Shown: piece by piece, positions 55,281 through 64,000 of the stretch
Numbering within the stretch: the first letter of the stretch is position 1
Layout: each line of letters opens with the position of its first letter
Assembly: GCA_946493765.1 (NCBI GenBank)
Contig: CAMMAZ010000004.1
Span: forward strand, 403-64,402
Reading direction: 5' to 3'
Source of the DNA: an uncultured Clostridia bacterium
GTDB lineage: Bacteria; Bacillota; Clostridia; Oscillospirales; Acutalibacteraceae
Length of the DNA: 64,000 nucleotides
Translations under genes and position numbers: made by a program
Notes under the pieces: generated by a model
Database searches by the model: none
Seen by the model: only the letters and a program-made list of their open reading frames with translations
What the model was told of the DNA's origin: nothing

Positions 55281-56070
55281 AAAGCAATCCCCCGTTGATC
55301 GCATAGGCTGTGCTGCCGCCATATTTCACCTGTTTGCCAAACGGCAGATCGTGCGTTTTCGGCACGCATTTACCGCGCAAAACAGAAAGAACGCCGGTTT
55401 CGGTTTGCAGCAAGAGCCCGAAACCGTAAAAAGCGCGGGCAATGGTTTCGGCTTCTATAAACGCGGTGCTTTTGTCGATCGTGCGCTGCGCGTCATCGGG
55501 TTCTTTCCAGTATTCACCGCCGCTTTGCGGGCGTGCGTTTTGAAAAACATCGGGGAATAAGGACAAATATGCTTTTGTCAGCCGCACTGCCGAATCCTGC
55601 ACTTTTTTGGTCAGCGTTTCTAGATTTTCCAAAGGGGAAACCTCGAACGCATCCTGCAAAAGAATGTCCCCTTCATCCCATTTTTCCGCAATTTGGTGCA
55701 GCGTGCAGCCGCTTTTTTGCAGTCCCTTTAAAATGGTGACCGGCAATGGCCAGGGACCGCGGCCGACCGGCAGCAGCGCCGGATGGATATTCACGCATTT
55801 TGGAGAGGCAGCCACCGGCAGCTTGTGGATATAACCGGCGCAAATGATCGTTTGGCAGCCGGCGGCCGCCAATGCTTCCAAATCTTTTCGTGTGACCCTC
55901 TGGTCGGTGACCGGAATGCCGTTTTGTTTTGCAAAATCAATCGTTTGCCGGTTGAATTCATAAACATTATCGGTCGGGAAGGTGAAAACCCGCAGGACTT
56001 CACAGCCGGATTCCCACATGGTTTTCAAAACATCAAAAAACAGATCAAAACCGATAAAAGCAGTTTTCAT
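55270..56070 (-). CDS. Formyltransferase (Fmt/ArnA N-terminal-domain type)
   Basis: HPALLPVGRGPWPL and the N-terminal MKTAFIGF Rossmann-like start. The start is uncertain (56070 or 56097). Confidence 0.75.
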   Translation of the reverse strand: MKTAFIGFDLFFDVLKTMWESGCEVLRVFTFPTDNVYEFNRQTIDFAKQNGIPVTDQRVTRKDLEALAAAGCQTIICAGYIHKLPVAASPKCVNIHPALLPVGRGPWPLPVTILKGLQKSGCTLHQIAEKWDEGDILLQDAFEVSPLENLETLTKKVQDSAVRLTKAYLSLFPDVFQNARPQSGGEYWKEPDDAQRTIDKSTAFIEAETIARAFYGFGLLLQTETGVLSVLRGKCVPKTHDLPFGKQVKYGGSTAYAINGGLLCVE

Positions 56071-56274
56071 AACATCACGCTTTCTTTTGATTGCCACTGC
56101 GCTGGACAGCAGCCGTTTTTATCTAGCTTTCACAAAGCACACTTGCATTATTTATTCACATTGTACCACAACCGCAGCCTGTTTGCAATTCTTTGCGCAA
56201 ATGGGGAATTTTGTACAAACATAGCGACATATGCTGTTGTATCGAAAGATTCAAAGAGATTTGGAGTTGAGCAT

Positions 56275-57093
56275 ATGGGAAAGATGAAATATATCATCAT
56301 CACAAAAAAGATGATGGTGATCACCGTGTTTGCCGTGTTTGCTGTTGTGGTCGCCATGTGCGTGTCCGCCGCCGTGCTGCCGGAAATGACGGCGAATGCC
56401 GACGGAAAAAAGCTGCCGATCTATTGCGCGCCGTCGGACAAGAAAACGGTGTCGCTGTCGTTTGACGCCGCCTGGGGCAATGAAGACACGGAACAATTAA
56501 TTTCGATTTTAAAACAATATAATGTCAAAGCGACCTTTTTTGTGGTCGGCGAATGGGTGGATAAATATCCGGAATCGGTCAAAGCCTTATCCGATGCGGG
56601 ACATGAGATCATGAATCATTCTAACACCCATCCCGACATGATCAAATTATCCAAAACCGAAATGGCGGAGGAGATCAACGCCTGCAACGACAAGATCGAA
56701 AAGATCACCGGCAAACGGCCGACATTGTTCCGCGCCCCCTACGGCTCCTATAACAACACACTCATCGAGGTGTTGGAAGAAATGGGAATGCATTGCATCC
56801 AGTGGGACGTGGATTCGCTGGACTGGAAGGACTACACAGCCGATAAAATTTATAACCGTGTGACGGAGAAGGTGCAAAACGGCTCTATCTGTCTTTTCCA
56901 CAATGCGGCCAAACACACACCCGAAGCGCTCGGGGATATTATTGAGAAATTGCAGGCGGACGGCTACACGCTCCTGCCGATTTCCGAGAATATTTATAAA
57001 GGCGAATTCACGCTGGATCACGAAGGACGGCAGGTACCCAAACAAACCGGCGCGGTGTCGACGACTTCAACAAAAATAAAAACCACAAAATAA
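56275..57093 (+). CDS. Polysaccharide deacetylase (NodB homology) with N-terminal membrane anchor
   Basis: LSFDAAWG, TFFVVGEWV, HEIMNHSNTHP, LFRAPYG motifs. Confidence 0.85.
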   Translation: MGKMKYIIITKKMMVITVFAVFAVVVAMCVSAAVLPEMTANADGKKLPIYCAPSDKKTVSLSFDAAWGNEDTEQLISILKQYNVKATFFVVGEWVDKYPESVKALSDAGHEIMNHSNTHPDMIKLSKTEMAEEINACNDKIEKITGKRPTLFRAPYGSYNNTLIEVLEEMGMHCIQWDVDSLDWKDYTADKIYNRVTEKVQNGSICLFHNAAKHTPEALGDIIEKLQADGYTLLPISENIYKGEFTLDHEGRQVPKQTGAVSTTSTKIKTTK

Positions 57094-57153
57094 CCCTTTT
57101 TTGGTGTATCCACGCCGGAAACGGATACACTAAATGAAAAAAGAGGGTTGCAA

Positions 57154-58584
57154 GTGAAATCGATTTGGAGTGTAAACACACAACTGCCGCACCGGGAACC
57201 GCTGACCGGAACGGTGCATTGCGAAGCAGCGGTGATCGGCGGCGGCATGGCAGGGATTTTGTGCGCGTATGAATTGGAAAAGGCGGGGATTCGCACGATC
57301 GTTCTGGAAGCGGACAGAATCGCTTCCGGACAGACGAAAAACACAACAGCAAAAATCACACTGCAGCACGGCCCGATCTATCACCGGTTGATCGAATCTG
57401 TCGGATTGCAGGCGGCGATGCAGTATGTGCATGCGAACAAAAGGGCGATCGCGGAATATAAGCGGATGGTTTATGATGAAAACATCGATTGTGATTTTCA
57501 AATTCTGCCTTCCTATTTATATACCAAACGAAAAATCAGCGTTTTAAATGCGGAATATAAAGCGGCAAAACAGCTGTCGATCGATTGTGAAATGACCAGA
57601 AAAACACAGCTGCCGTTTGAAATCAAAGCGGCGCTGCGGTTTGCAGATCAGGCGCAGTTTGATCCGCTGCGATTTATCAAAGCGGTGAGCGGAGGACTTA
57701 AAATCTATGAAAAAACACCGGTGCAATCGATTGAACAAAACCGATTGATCACCAAAGCCGGCACCGTTTATGCAGATCAGATCTTTGTCTGCACCCATTT
57801 TCCGTTTATCAATTTTCCGGGTCTTTATTTTGCGAAAATGCATCAGCAGCGCAGCTATGTCGTAGCGATCAAGACCGACACGCCGCTTGACGGCATGTAC
57901 TACGGGATCGACACCGGCGCATTGTCCTTTCGCGGGTATCAGGATTATATCCTGCTCGGCGGCGGCAGTCACCGAACCGGGGAAAGCGACGAAAACGCCT
58001 TTCGCATGCTGCGCGAGGAGGCCGGCCGGCTTTATGGACAAAAACCGCGGTTTTACTGGGCGGCGCAGGACTGCATGTCACTGGACGGTGTTCCGTATAT
58101 CGGGCAGTATGCGAAAAAGTGGAAAAATATTTATGTCGCAACAGGCTTTAATAAATGGGGAATGACGTCGGCCATGGCGGCGGCGCTGCTGCTGGCGGAT
58201 ATGGCGCAGGGCAAAAATACCGATGCAGCCGCAGCGTTTGATCCGGCGCGAATCAACGCACCGTCGGCAAAAGCGTTTTTTGCAGAAGCGGGGCACAGCG
58301 TGAAAGGACTCACGGCCTATTATTTGAAAAATCCGGATGGCGTCCTTTCCAACATTCCGAAAGGCTGGGGCGGTATTATCGACGACAACGGGCATAAAAC
58401 CGGCGTTTACAAGGATAAAACCGGGAAAATTTATGCGGTGATTCCCAAATGCCCGCATTTGGGGTGTCAGTTGTCCTTTAATCATGCGGAGAAAACCTGG
58501 GATTGCCCCTGCCACGGCTCCCGGTTTGACTATCAAGGCAGGCTTATTGACAATCCGGCACAGGAAAATTTAAAAAGATTATAA
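57154..58584 (+). CDS. FAD-dependent oxidoreductase fused to a C-terminal Rieske [2Fe-2S] domain
   Basis: AAVIGGGMAG dinucleotide motif. CPHLGC...CPCHGS Rieske motif. Confidence 0.85.
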   Translation: MKSIWSVNTQLPHREPLTGTVHCEAAVIGGGMAGILCAYELEKAGIRTIVLEADRIASGQTKNTTAKITLQHGPIYHRLIESVGLQAAMQYVHANKRAIAEYKRMVYDENIDCDFQILPSYLYTKRKISVLNAEYKAAKQLSIDCEMTRKTQLPFEIKAALRFADQAQFDPLRFIKAVSGGLKIYEKTPVQSIEQNRLITKAGTVYADQIFVCTHFPFINFPGLYFAKMHQQRSYVVAIKTDTPLDGMYYGIDTGALSFRGYQDYILLGGGSHRTGESDENAFRMLREEAGRLYGQKPRFYWAAQDCMSLDGVPYIGQYAKKWKNIYVATGFNKWGMTSAMAAALLLADMAQGKNTDAAAAFDPARINAPSAKAFFAEAGHSVKGLTAYYLKNPDGVLSNIPKGWGGIIDDNGHKTGVYKDKTGKIYAVIPKCPHLGCQLSFNHAEKTWDCPCHGSRFDYQGRLIDNPAQENLKRL

Positions 58585-58613
58585 AAGAGTTAAAAAGAGC
58601 AAAAATATTTTTT

Positions 58614-58648
58614 AAAAAAGAATTCGGTTTTTAACCGAATTCTTTTTT
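58614..58648 (+). terminator. Rho-independent terminator
   Basis: aaaaaagaattcggtt / aaccgaattctttttt. Confidence 0.85.
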
Positions 58649-58918
58649 AATGAAAACATTATCAACAATAAATAAAAATATTAAGTGAAAAAAACATTAT
58701 ACATGTAAAAATTATATAAAAGAACTGTTAAAAATATACACTAAATTAATAATAATATTGTTGAAATGGCAGAAAAAAGAAAGAAATAGCTAAAAAGGTT
58801 GAAAATGGAAAGAAAATAATATAAAATAATATGGAAAATATCAACATTCAAAAATGCGATTTTTATACTGTTTAGATGAATGGAGATATTAAGAAGAAGT
58901 AAAAAAGGAGAGTAGTGA

Positions 58919-61900
58919 ATGAAAAAGTTGAGAAGTATCACAGCTGCTTTGTTGTGCATGTGTATTATATTCACAGGAATAACGATCACAGCACCGGCAG
59001 ACAGTGAAACACAGACAGAAACCGGATCCGATCTCGGAGCAAACACAGGAGAAGTGGAAGCCCTGTCGGAGATCGAAGAACTGCGCAATGAAAATGAAAA
59101 GCATTTTCGTATGCAGGACGGTAGCATCAAAGCGGTGGTGTATTCCCAGCCGGTGCATTATGAAAAGGACGGCCAGTGGGAAGATATCGATAACCGTGTA
59201 GTGGAATCGGACGCGCAAAACGCAGAAGATATGGACGGTTATGAAAACCGGCAGAATGACCTGAAAGTAAAGTTTGCAAAAAAAGCGGGGAACGGCAAGC
59301 TGGTCACACTGAAAAAAGACGGCACCTCCATTTCGTGGAGCTATGACCGGAAGGCAAAAGGTTTTGCGCCAAAAGCGCAAATCGAAACGGAGAAAGCTCA
59401 GACAGATCCGCTTTCTGCCGCTGTGGAAAACACATCGCAGACGGTGCGGTATGAAGATGTGGAGGAAAATGTCGATTTTGAATATATCCTGGCAGGTCAA
59501 ACGCTCAAAGAAAATATCATTGTCAAACAGCCGCTGGAGGACTATCATTTCGCATTTTCCTTTAAAGTGAACGGCGTGACGCCGTCGGTGCAAAGCGACG
59601 GAAGCATTGCTTTTGTCTCTGATGCAGGCAAAACGGTCTACACGCTGCCCGCCCCATATATGTACGACGCGGAATATCTGTCGTCTGATGCCGTGACATA
59701 CAAGATCGAGCAAACGGGAAACAAGAAATATACCGTGACGGTCCAAGCTGATACAGAATGGATCAACGCGCCGGAACGTGCGTTTCCGGTGGTGATCGAT
59801 CCGGTGGTGGTGACCGAAACGACAAAAGGCGCGATCGACACGACTTTCATCACATCGGCAAAGCCAAACGCAAATTATGGCATGAACGCCGAATTTCTAG
59901 TAGGACATGAAAGCAGTGAATATGGCACCTGTCGCGCACTGCTGCAAATCCAACTGCCGGAACTTAACAAAGGGGACATGATCGTCAGTGCACAGTTGTG
60001 TGTTGCAGCGGCAGCGGAATTTTACACATCCGAGACGCCGAATCTGCAGATCAATGCGCACATGGTCAAGGACGCATGGGACAAAGATACAGTGACCTGG
60101 GACAGCCGGCCGAATTTCAAAGCGGTGGCGCTGGATTATGATTATCTTGAAAGAGCGGACACAACAGCCTACAGCTGGAAATATTTTGACATTACCAAAG
60201 CGGTCAAGCAATGGACAGAAGGAAACGTGGCCGACTGTGGGATCATGCTCAAGGCAAGCAAGGAAAGCGGATCGGTAAATGACATCGGAGTGAAAGGCAT
60301 CTTGTGGGGTGAGGGCAATTCGACAAGCACATCGAAAGCTTACCCCTGCATCCAGCTGGTCTACCGGAACAACAAAGGTTTGGAAGACTACTGGACCTAC
60401 ACGACGGTTTCGGCGGGTTCTGCCGGCACGCTGTATGTTAACGATTATTCGGGCAACCTTGTGGTGACCCGGACCGACGTGGCGACGACCGGTGCAAAAA
60501 TGCCGGTCGAAGTGACGCATGTATACAACGGCTACATGGCGGGCGAAGACTCATTTTACGGTCGTGGCTGGAAGCTGAACCTGCAGCAGCGTGTGCGCCC
60601 GTCATCGGCATTTGGTTTAACCGGAGATATGGCAGAAGAATACCCGTATGTCTATATTGATGGGGACGGCACCGACCATTATTTCTATAAAAAGACGGAG
60701 AACGGCACAACCAAATATCTGGATGAAGACGGACTGAATCTGGAACTGAAGAAAAAGTCCGACGGCAGCTATACCATCACGGATAAAAAGGAGAATGTGC
60801 TGACCTTTAACATATACGGCTATTTAAGCAAGATGTCGGATGCAAACGGCAACACCGCGAGCATCGCCTATAACGGCACGCATATCGGGGCGATCGCCTC
60901 GGTAACCGACGGCGCAGGCCGCAAAATTTCGTTTACATACCGCAGCGACGGTAAATTGACGAAGGTTACAGCGCCGGACGGACGGGCGACCAACTATACC
61001 TACAATGCAGACGGAACGCTGTGGCAGGTGCAGTATGCGGACGGGACGTATTCCTCGCATTCCTATGACGGGGAAAAGTCGCTGGCGTTTATCAAGGATA
61101 CCACAAAACAAATGCGAGAGATCCGTTACACCGACAGAAAAAGCGGCAAGCGCGTGGTACGGATCATCGAGTCCTGCAATGACGTTGCCGGTCAAACGAT
61201 CACCTATGACCGGACAAACTATAATGTAACGATGATGCGCACCGAAGGGATAAAACATGATTACTGGCTGGACGATATCATCACGACCTACCAGTTTGAT
61301 AATACCGGACGGACAATTTCGACGCAAAGCCGGTCTTTAAGCGATGGAAATTATGTCGCGTCGAATTATGATTATACCAGCGCGGTGCCGGATGAAGAGG
61401 GGAACAACATCCGGCAGCTCAACCGGGTGAAGATGACCGGCGCGACCGGGCGGAACACGGCAAACCTTGCGATCAACGGCGGCGGAGAAACGTCGGGGAA
61501 CTGGACGTCGGCCGCGTGGAACGGGAGCAACACCTTTACCTTTGCCTATTCGAATGCGGAAAAATATTATGGAAACAAATCTTTAAAAATCAGCAGCACC
61601 GCCTACAGCGGGGACAGCCGCGCGCGAGTGTATCAGGATTTTTCACCGAGCGTTGTCAAACCCGGCGGGACCTACACGTTCTCGGCTTATGTGAAAACAA
61701 GCGGTATTCAAGGAAGCGGAAACGCAATCGGAGCGAGTCTGAACGCCTATGTATTCACAAACGACGACGCGGATTATCTGTCCAAATGGTCGGAACTGCT
61801 CACCGGCACGACGAATGAAAGCGTCAACGACGGCTGGGTGCGTGTGAGTGTCACCGTCACGATTCCGGCAAACGCGCGGGTGACCCGGCTGAATCTGAAC

Positions 61901-64000
61901 ATCAAAGGAGCGACGGGCACGGCGTATTTCGACGGTGTGCAGGTCGAGGAATCGGAAACGGAAAACAATGTGAATCTGCTGGAAAACGCGAGCTTTGAGC
62001 GTGCGTCAAACGGCAAACCGGTGTCCTGGAGCACAACAGCGCTTACCGGCAGCGACGTGTGCAGCACGGCAGAAAACAAAGAGGGAAGCAATGCCTTCAA
62101 AATCATCGGCGACGCGAAGGCGAGCAAAGGACTTTATCAGGAGGTGCCGGTGTCGGGCACGGAAAACGATACCTATATCGTCAGCGGCTGGGCGATGGCG
62201 GATGCGGTGAAAGCAGAGCCGAAACCGGATGGAGGCAGCGACCGGAAATTTAAAATCTCCATCAATGTGAAATACAGCGACGGAACAGATGTGTGGAAAT
62301 CGCCGGCGGAATTCAACAAAACGGTATCGTCGTGGCAGTATGTGTGCAAGGCGTTTAATCTGGACGACGGAACCAGCGCGAAAAAAACACCGGTGAAGGT
62401 GGGCATTTACTTAAGCTTTTACCGGCAGGCAAACAGCTGTTATTTTGATCATGTGCAGCTGGTCAGGGACGTTGCGCAAAGCTACACTTATGATGCGGAG
62501 GGCAATCTGGTCGACGTTGCCAAAAATGCGGAAAACAATTCGAAAATGGAATATTCGAATTCCGATCTGATCAAAGAAACCGATGTGACCGGCCAGTCGT
62601 TTCACTACACCTACGACGATAACCACAACATGACGCAGGCGAAAAGCCAGCGTGGTGTGGAATATAACTATGCCTATAACGAGGACGGGAATCCGTGGAA
62701 ATTAACGATCCAGAACAAGGCGAAAACAATGGCGCTGCGTTCAGACGTGAATTACACGGATAACGGCGCCTATGTGAAAGCTGCCAAGGATGCGGATGGA
62801 CGGCTGACAAAGTATAATTATAACGAAAAGAATGGTCTGCTCAATTCGGTGGAAGAGCCGGACGGGGTCGTGACCAGCTACAGCTATAACAGTAAAAACG
62901 ACGCACTGACCAAAATTTCACGCGGCGGGCAAACGGTGAATTACAGTTACGACAGCAACTGGCGGCTCAAACAGATTGCGGTTGGCAGCAAGCTGAAATA
63001 TAACATCGAATACGGGACGTTCGGGGAAACGACAAAGACCTATGTGGGCACGCAGGAACTTGTGGAAAATCATTATTCCGAAGGCATTCGGGATCTGGAA
63101 TCGGTGGAATATGCCAACGGAGATACCGTTTCCTATGTGAACAACGTATTCGGATCAGTGGATCAAAAGGTTTTTGGAACAAGTAAGTATACCTGGAAGT
63201 ATGACAGCACAGGCACGCCGGTGCAGTATGTTGATTATGTGAGCAATTTGTGTTATAATTACACCTATGATTCGATCGGCCGGCTGGTGAGAGAAAAAGC
63301 GGCGACACGAAGCGGGGACGGCGGGAGCTACGACCGCGTTTATGCAACAGAATATGTGTATGACGCGAAGAACAATGTGACAAAGATCGTCAACACCGCA
63401 GGGGGACGAACAGTCAGCCAAAGCTATTCGTATTTGGCGCAGGATAATCTGCCGTCAAGTCACAGCCTGTCGTCAACACGCAAGGTGGAATATACCTATG
63501 ACGGCTTGAACCGTTTAACCCAGCGGACGCTGACAACCGACAAACCGGTAAACACGAAATATACCTATGCGTTGTCCGGCCGGAATCTGGGAGATGATGA
63601 AACCTATCGGACAACACGTGTGCGCGTGGAAGAACTGGGGTATATGACCTACCGGTATACGTATGACGATCGGGGAAACATCACAAAGATCGAGGAGAAC
63701 CTGACGGGGACGACCGACGGTCAATATTATTATGAGATTGCGTCGTATGAATATGACGAAAAGAACCAGCTGGTGCGGGAAAACGACCTGTATGCAGATA
63801 GAACAAAGATCTACGGCTATGGAGCAAACGGGAACTTTGACATGGTATATGAGTATAAATATACCAAAGTGGATGATCCGCGGGTAGATGCACCGGAGAA
63901 GTTAATCGATGTTTATGATTATTATTATTTTGATGATAACTGGTCGGATAAGTTAACGCGGTATGCAGGGGAAAACATCACCTATGATGCGATCGGAAAC
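58919..64000 (+). CDS. Secreted RHS/YD-repeat polymorphic-toxin-type protein, 5' 1694 codons (continues beyond the window)
   Basis: The ORF is absent from the supplied track because it has no stop in the window. ATG at 58919 follows AAGGAGAG. Signal peptide MKKLRSITAALLCMCIIFTGITITAPADS. DNRLRE-like region about 59830-60375. Many YD-type repeats (e.g. YTYNADGTL, YTYDAEGNL, YNYNEKNGL, YTYDGLNRL, YTYDDRGNI). An inserted pair of CBM-like beta-sandwich segments about 61465-62470. Confidence 0.9.
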   Translation, partial: MKKLRSITAALLCMCIIFTGITITAPADSETQTETGSDLGANTGEVEALSEIEELRNENEKHFRMQDGSIKAVVYSQPVHYEKDGQWEDIDNRVVESDAQNAEDMDGYENRQNDLKVKFAKKAGNGKLVTLKKDGTSISWSYDRKAKGFAPKAQIETEKAQTDPLSAAVENTSQTVRYEDVEENVDFEYILAGQTLKENIIVKQPLEDYHFAFSFKVNGVTPSVQSDGSIAFVSDAGKTVYTLPAPYMYDAEYLSSDAVTYKIEQTGNKKYTVTVQADTEWINAPERAFPVVIDPVVVTETTKGAIDTTFITSAKPNANYGMNAEFLVGHESSEYGTCRALLQIQLPELNKGDMIVSAQLCVAAAAEFYTSETPNLQINAHMVKDAWDKDTVTWDSRPNFKAVALDYDYLERADTTAYSWKYFDITKAVKQWTEGNVADCGIMLKASKESGSVNDIGVKGILWGEGNSTSTSKAYPCIQLVYRNNKGLEDYWTYTTVSAGSAGTLYVNDYSGNLVVTRTDVATTGAKMPVEVTHVYNGYMAGEDSFYGRGWKLNLQQRVRPSSAFGLTGDMAEEYPYVYIDGDGTDHYFYKKTENGTTKYLDEDGLNLELKKKSDGSYTITDKKENVLTFNIYGYLSKMSDANGNTASIAYNGTHIGAIASVTDGAGRKISFTYRSDGKLTKVTAPDGRATNYTYNADGTLWQVQYADGTYSSHSYDGEKSLAFIKDTTKQMREIRYTDRKSGKRVVRIIESCNDVAGQTITYDRTNYNVTMMRTEGIKHDYWLDDIITTYQFDNTGRTISTQSRSLSDGNYVASNYDYTSAVPDEEGNNIRQLNRVKMTGATGRNTANLAINGGGETSGNWTSAAWNGSNTFTFAYSNAEKYYGNKSLKISSTAYSGDSRARVYQDFSPSVVKPGGTYTFSAYVKTSGIQGSGNAIGASLNAYVFTNDDADYLSKWSELLTGTTNESVNDGWVRVSVTVTIPANARVTRLNLNIKGATGTAYFDGVQVEESETENNVNLLENASFERASNGKPVSWSTTALTGSDVCSTAENKEGSNAFKIIGDAKASKGLYQEVPVSGTENDTYIVSGWAMADAVKAEPKPDGGSDRKFKISINVKYSDGTDVWKSPAEFNKTVSSWQYVCKAFNLDDGTSAKKTPVKVGIYLSFYRQANSCYFDHVQLVRDVAQSYTYDAEGNLVDVAKNAENNSKMEYSNSDLIKETDVTGQSFHYTYDDNHNMTQAKSQRGVEYNYAYNEDGNPWKLTIQNKAKTMALRSDVNYTDNGAYVKAAKDADGRLTKYNYNEKNGLLNSVEEPDGVVTSYSYNSKNDALTKISRGGQTVNYSYDSNWRLKQIAVGSKLKYNIEYGTFGETTKTYVGTQELVENHYSEGIRDLESVEYANGDTVSYVNNVFGSVDQKVFGTSKYTWKYDSTGTPVQYVDYVSNLCYNYTYDSIGRLVREKAATRSGDGGSYDRVYATEYVYDAKNNVTKIVNTAGGRTVSQSYSYLAQDNLPSSHSLSSTRKVEYTYDGLNRLTQRTLTTDKPVNTKYTYALSGRNLGDDETYRTTRVRVEELGYMTYRYTYDDRGNITKIEENLTGTTDGQYYYEIASYEYDEKNQLVRENDLYADRTKIYGYGANGNFDMVYEYKYTKVDDPRVDAPEKLIDVYDYYYFDDNWSDKLTRYAGENITYDAIGN

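Noticed and set aside
58889-63893. Many minus-strand ORFs of 60-285 aa in the track (e.g. 58889-59746, 59897-60520, 60824-61327, 62967-63383).
   Set aside because: They lie antisense to the continuous 1694-codon RHS reading frame. They have no ribosome-binding sites and have Arg/Cys/His-rich, low-complexity translations typical of shadow ORFs.
1-64000. CRISPR arrays, rRNA genes, prophage structural modules, integrases other than the IS3 transposase.
   Set aside because: Reading through the intergenic regions, I saw no regularly spaced short repeats. No rRNA-like conserved stretches and no capsid, terminase or tyrosine/serine recombinase motifs appeared in any listed ORF.

Overview
The window looks like a chromosomal segment from a spore-forming Firmicute, probably Clostridia. 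This is an inference from spoIIP, spoVAC/spoVAD, murT/gatD, an LtaS-like gene, lexA, pcrA and strong GGAGG-type ribosome-binding sites. I did no database search and computed no GC values.

Most of the window is ordinary housekeeping or cell-envelope DNA:
- a BceRS/BceAB-type peptide-antibiotic sensing and detoxification module
- a radical-SAM/DUF4130 DNA-metabolism gene pair
- ppx-ppk1 and murA
- sporulation genes
- a LicD/Wzy-like/Wzx glycopolymer locus
- murT-gatD, trmB and rlmH
- a formyltransferase/FkbM/deacetylase trio

The parts I consider accessory or unusual are:
1. A visibly AT-rich insertion of about 3.7 kb sits next to tRNA-Val. It is bracketed by two copies of the tRNA terminator hairpin, and an IS3-family element splits one copy. 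It carries an HTH-TPR regulator and a translationally coupled pair: a four-helix-bundle protein and a miniature C15-peptidase-like protein.
2. A 2.3-kb islet is bracketed by a 49-bp direct repeat that duplicates the 3' end of a yeiH-like gene. It carries no recombinase. Its cargo is a 476-aa single-pass membrane protein of unknown function and a divergent small XRE repressor with a perfect palindromic operator candidate.
3. A 97-aa protein contains 16 cysteines.
4. A divergent DprA-like gene is translationally coupled to a flippase gene.
5. A secreted RHS/YD-repeat polymorphic-toxin gene of more than 1690 codons runs off the right edge of the window.

I saw no CRISPR array, no rRNA and no prophage structural genes. 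All product calls come from motif recognition in the supplied translations.
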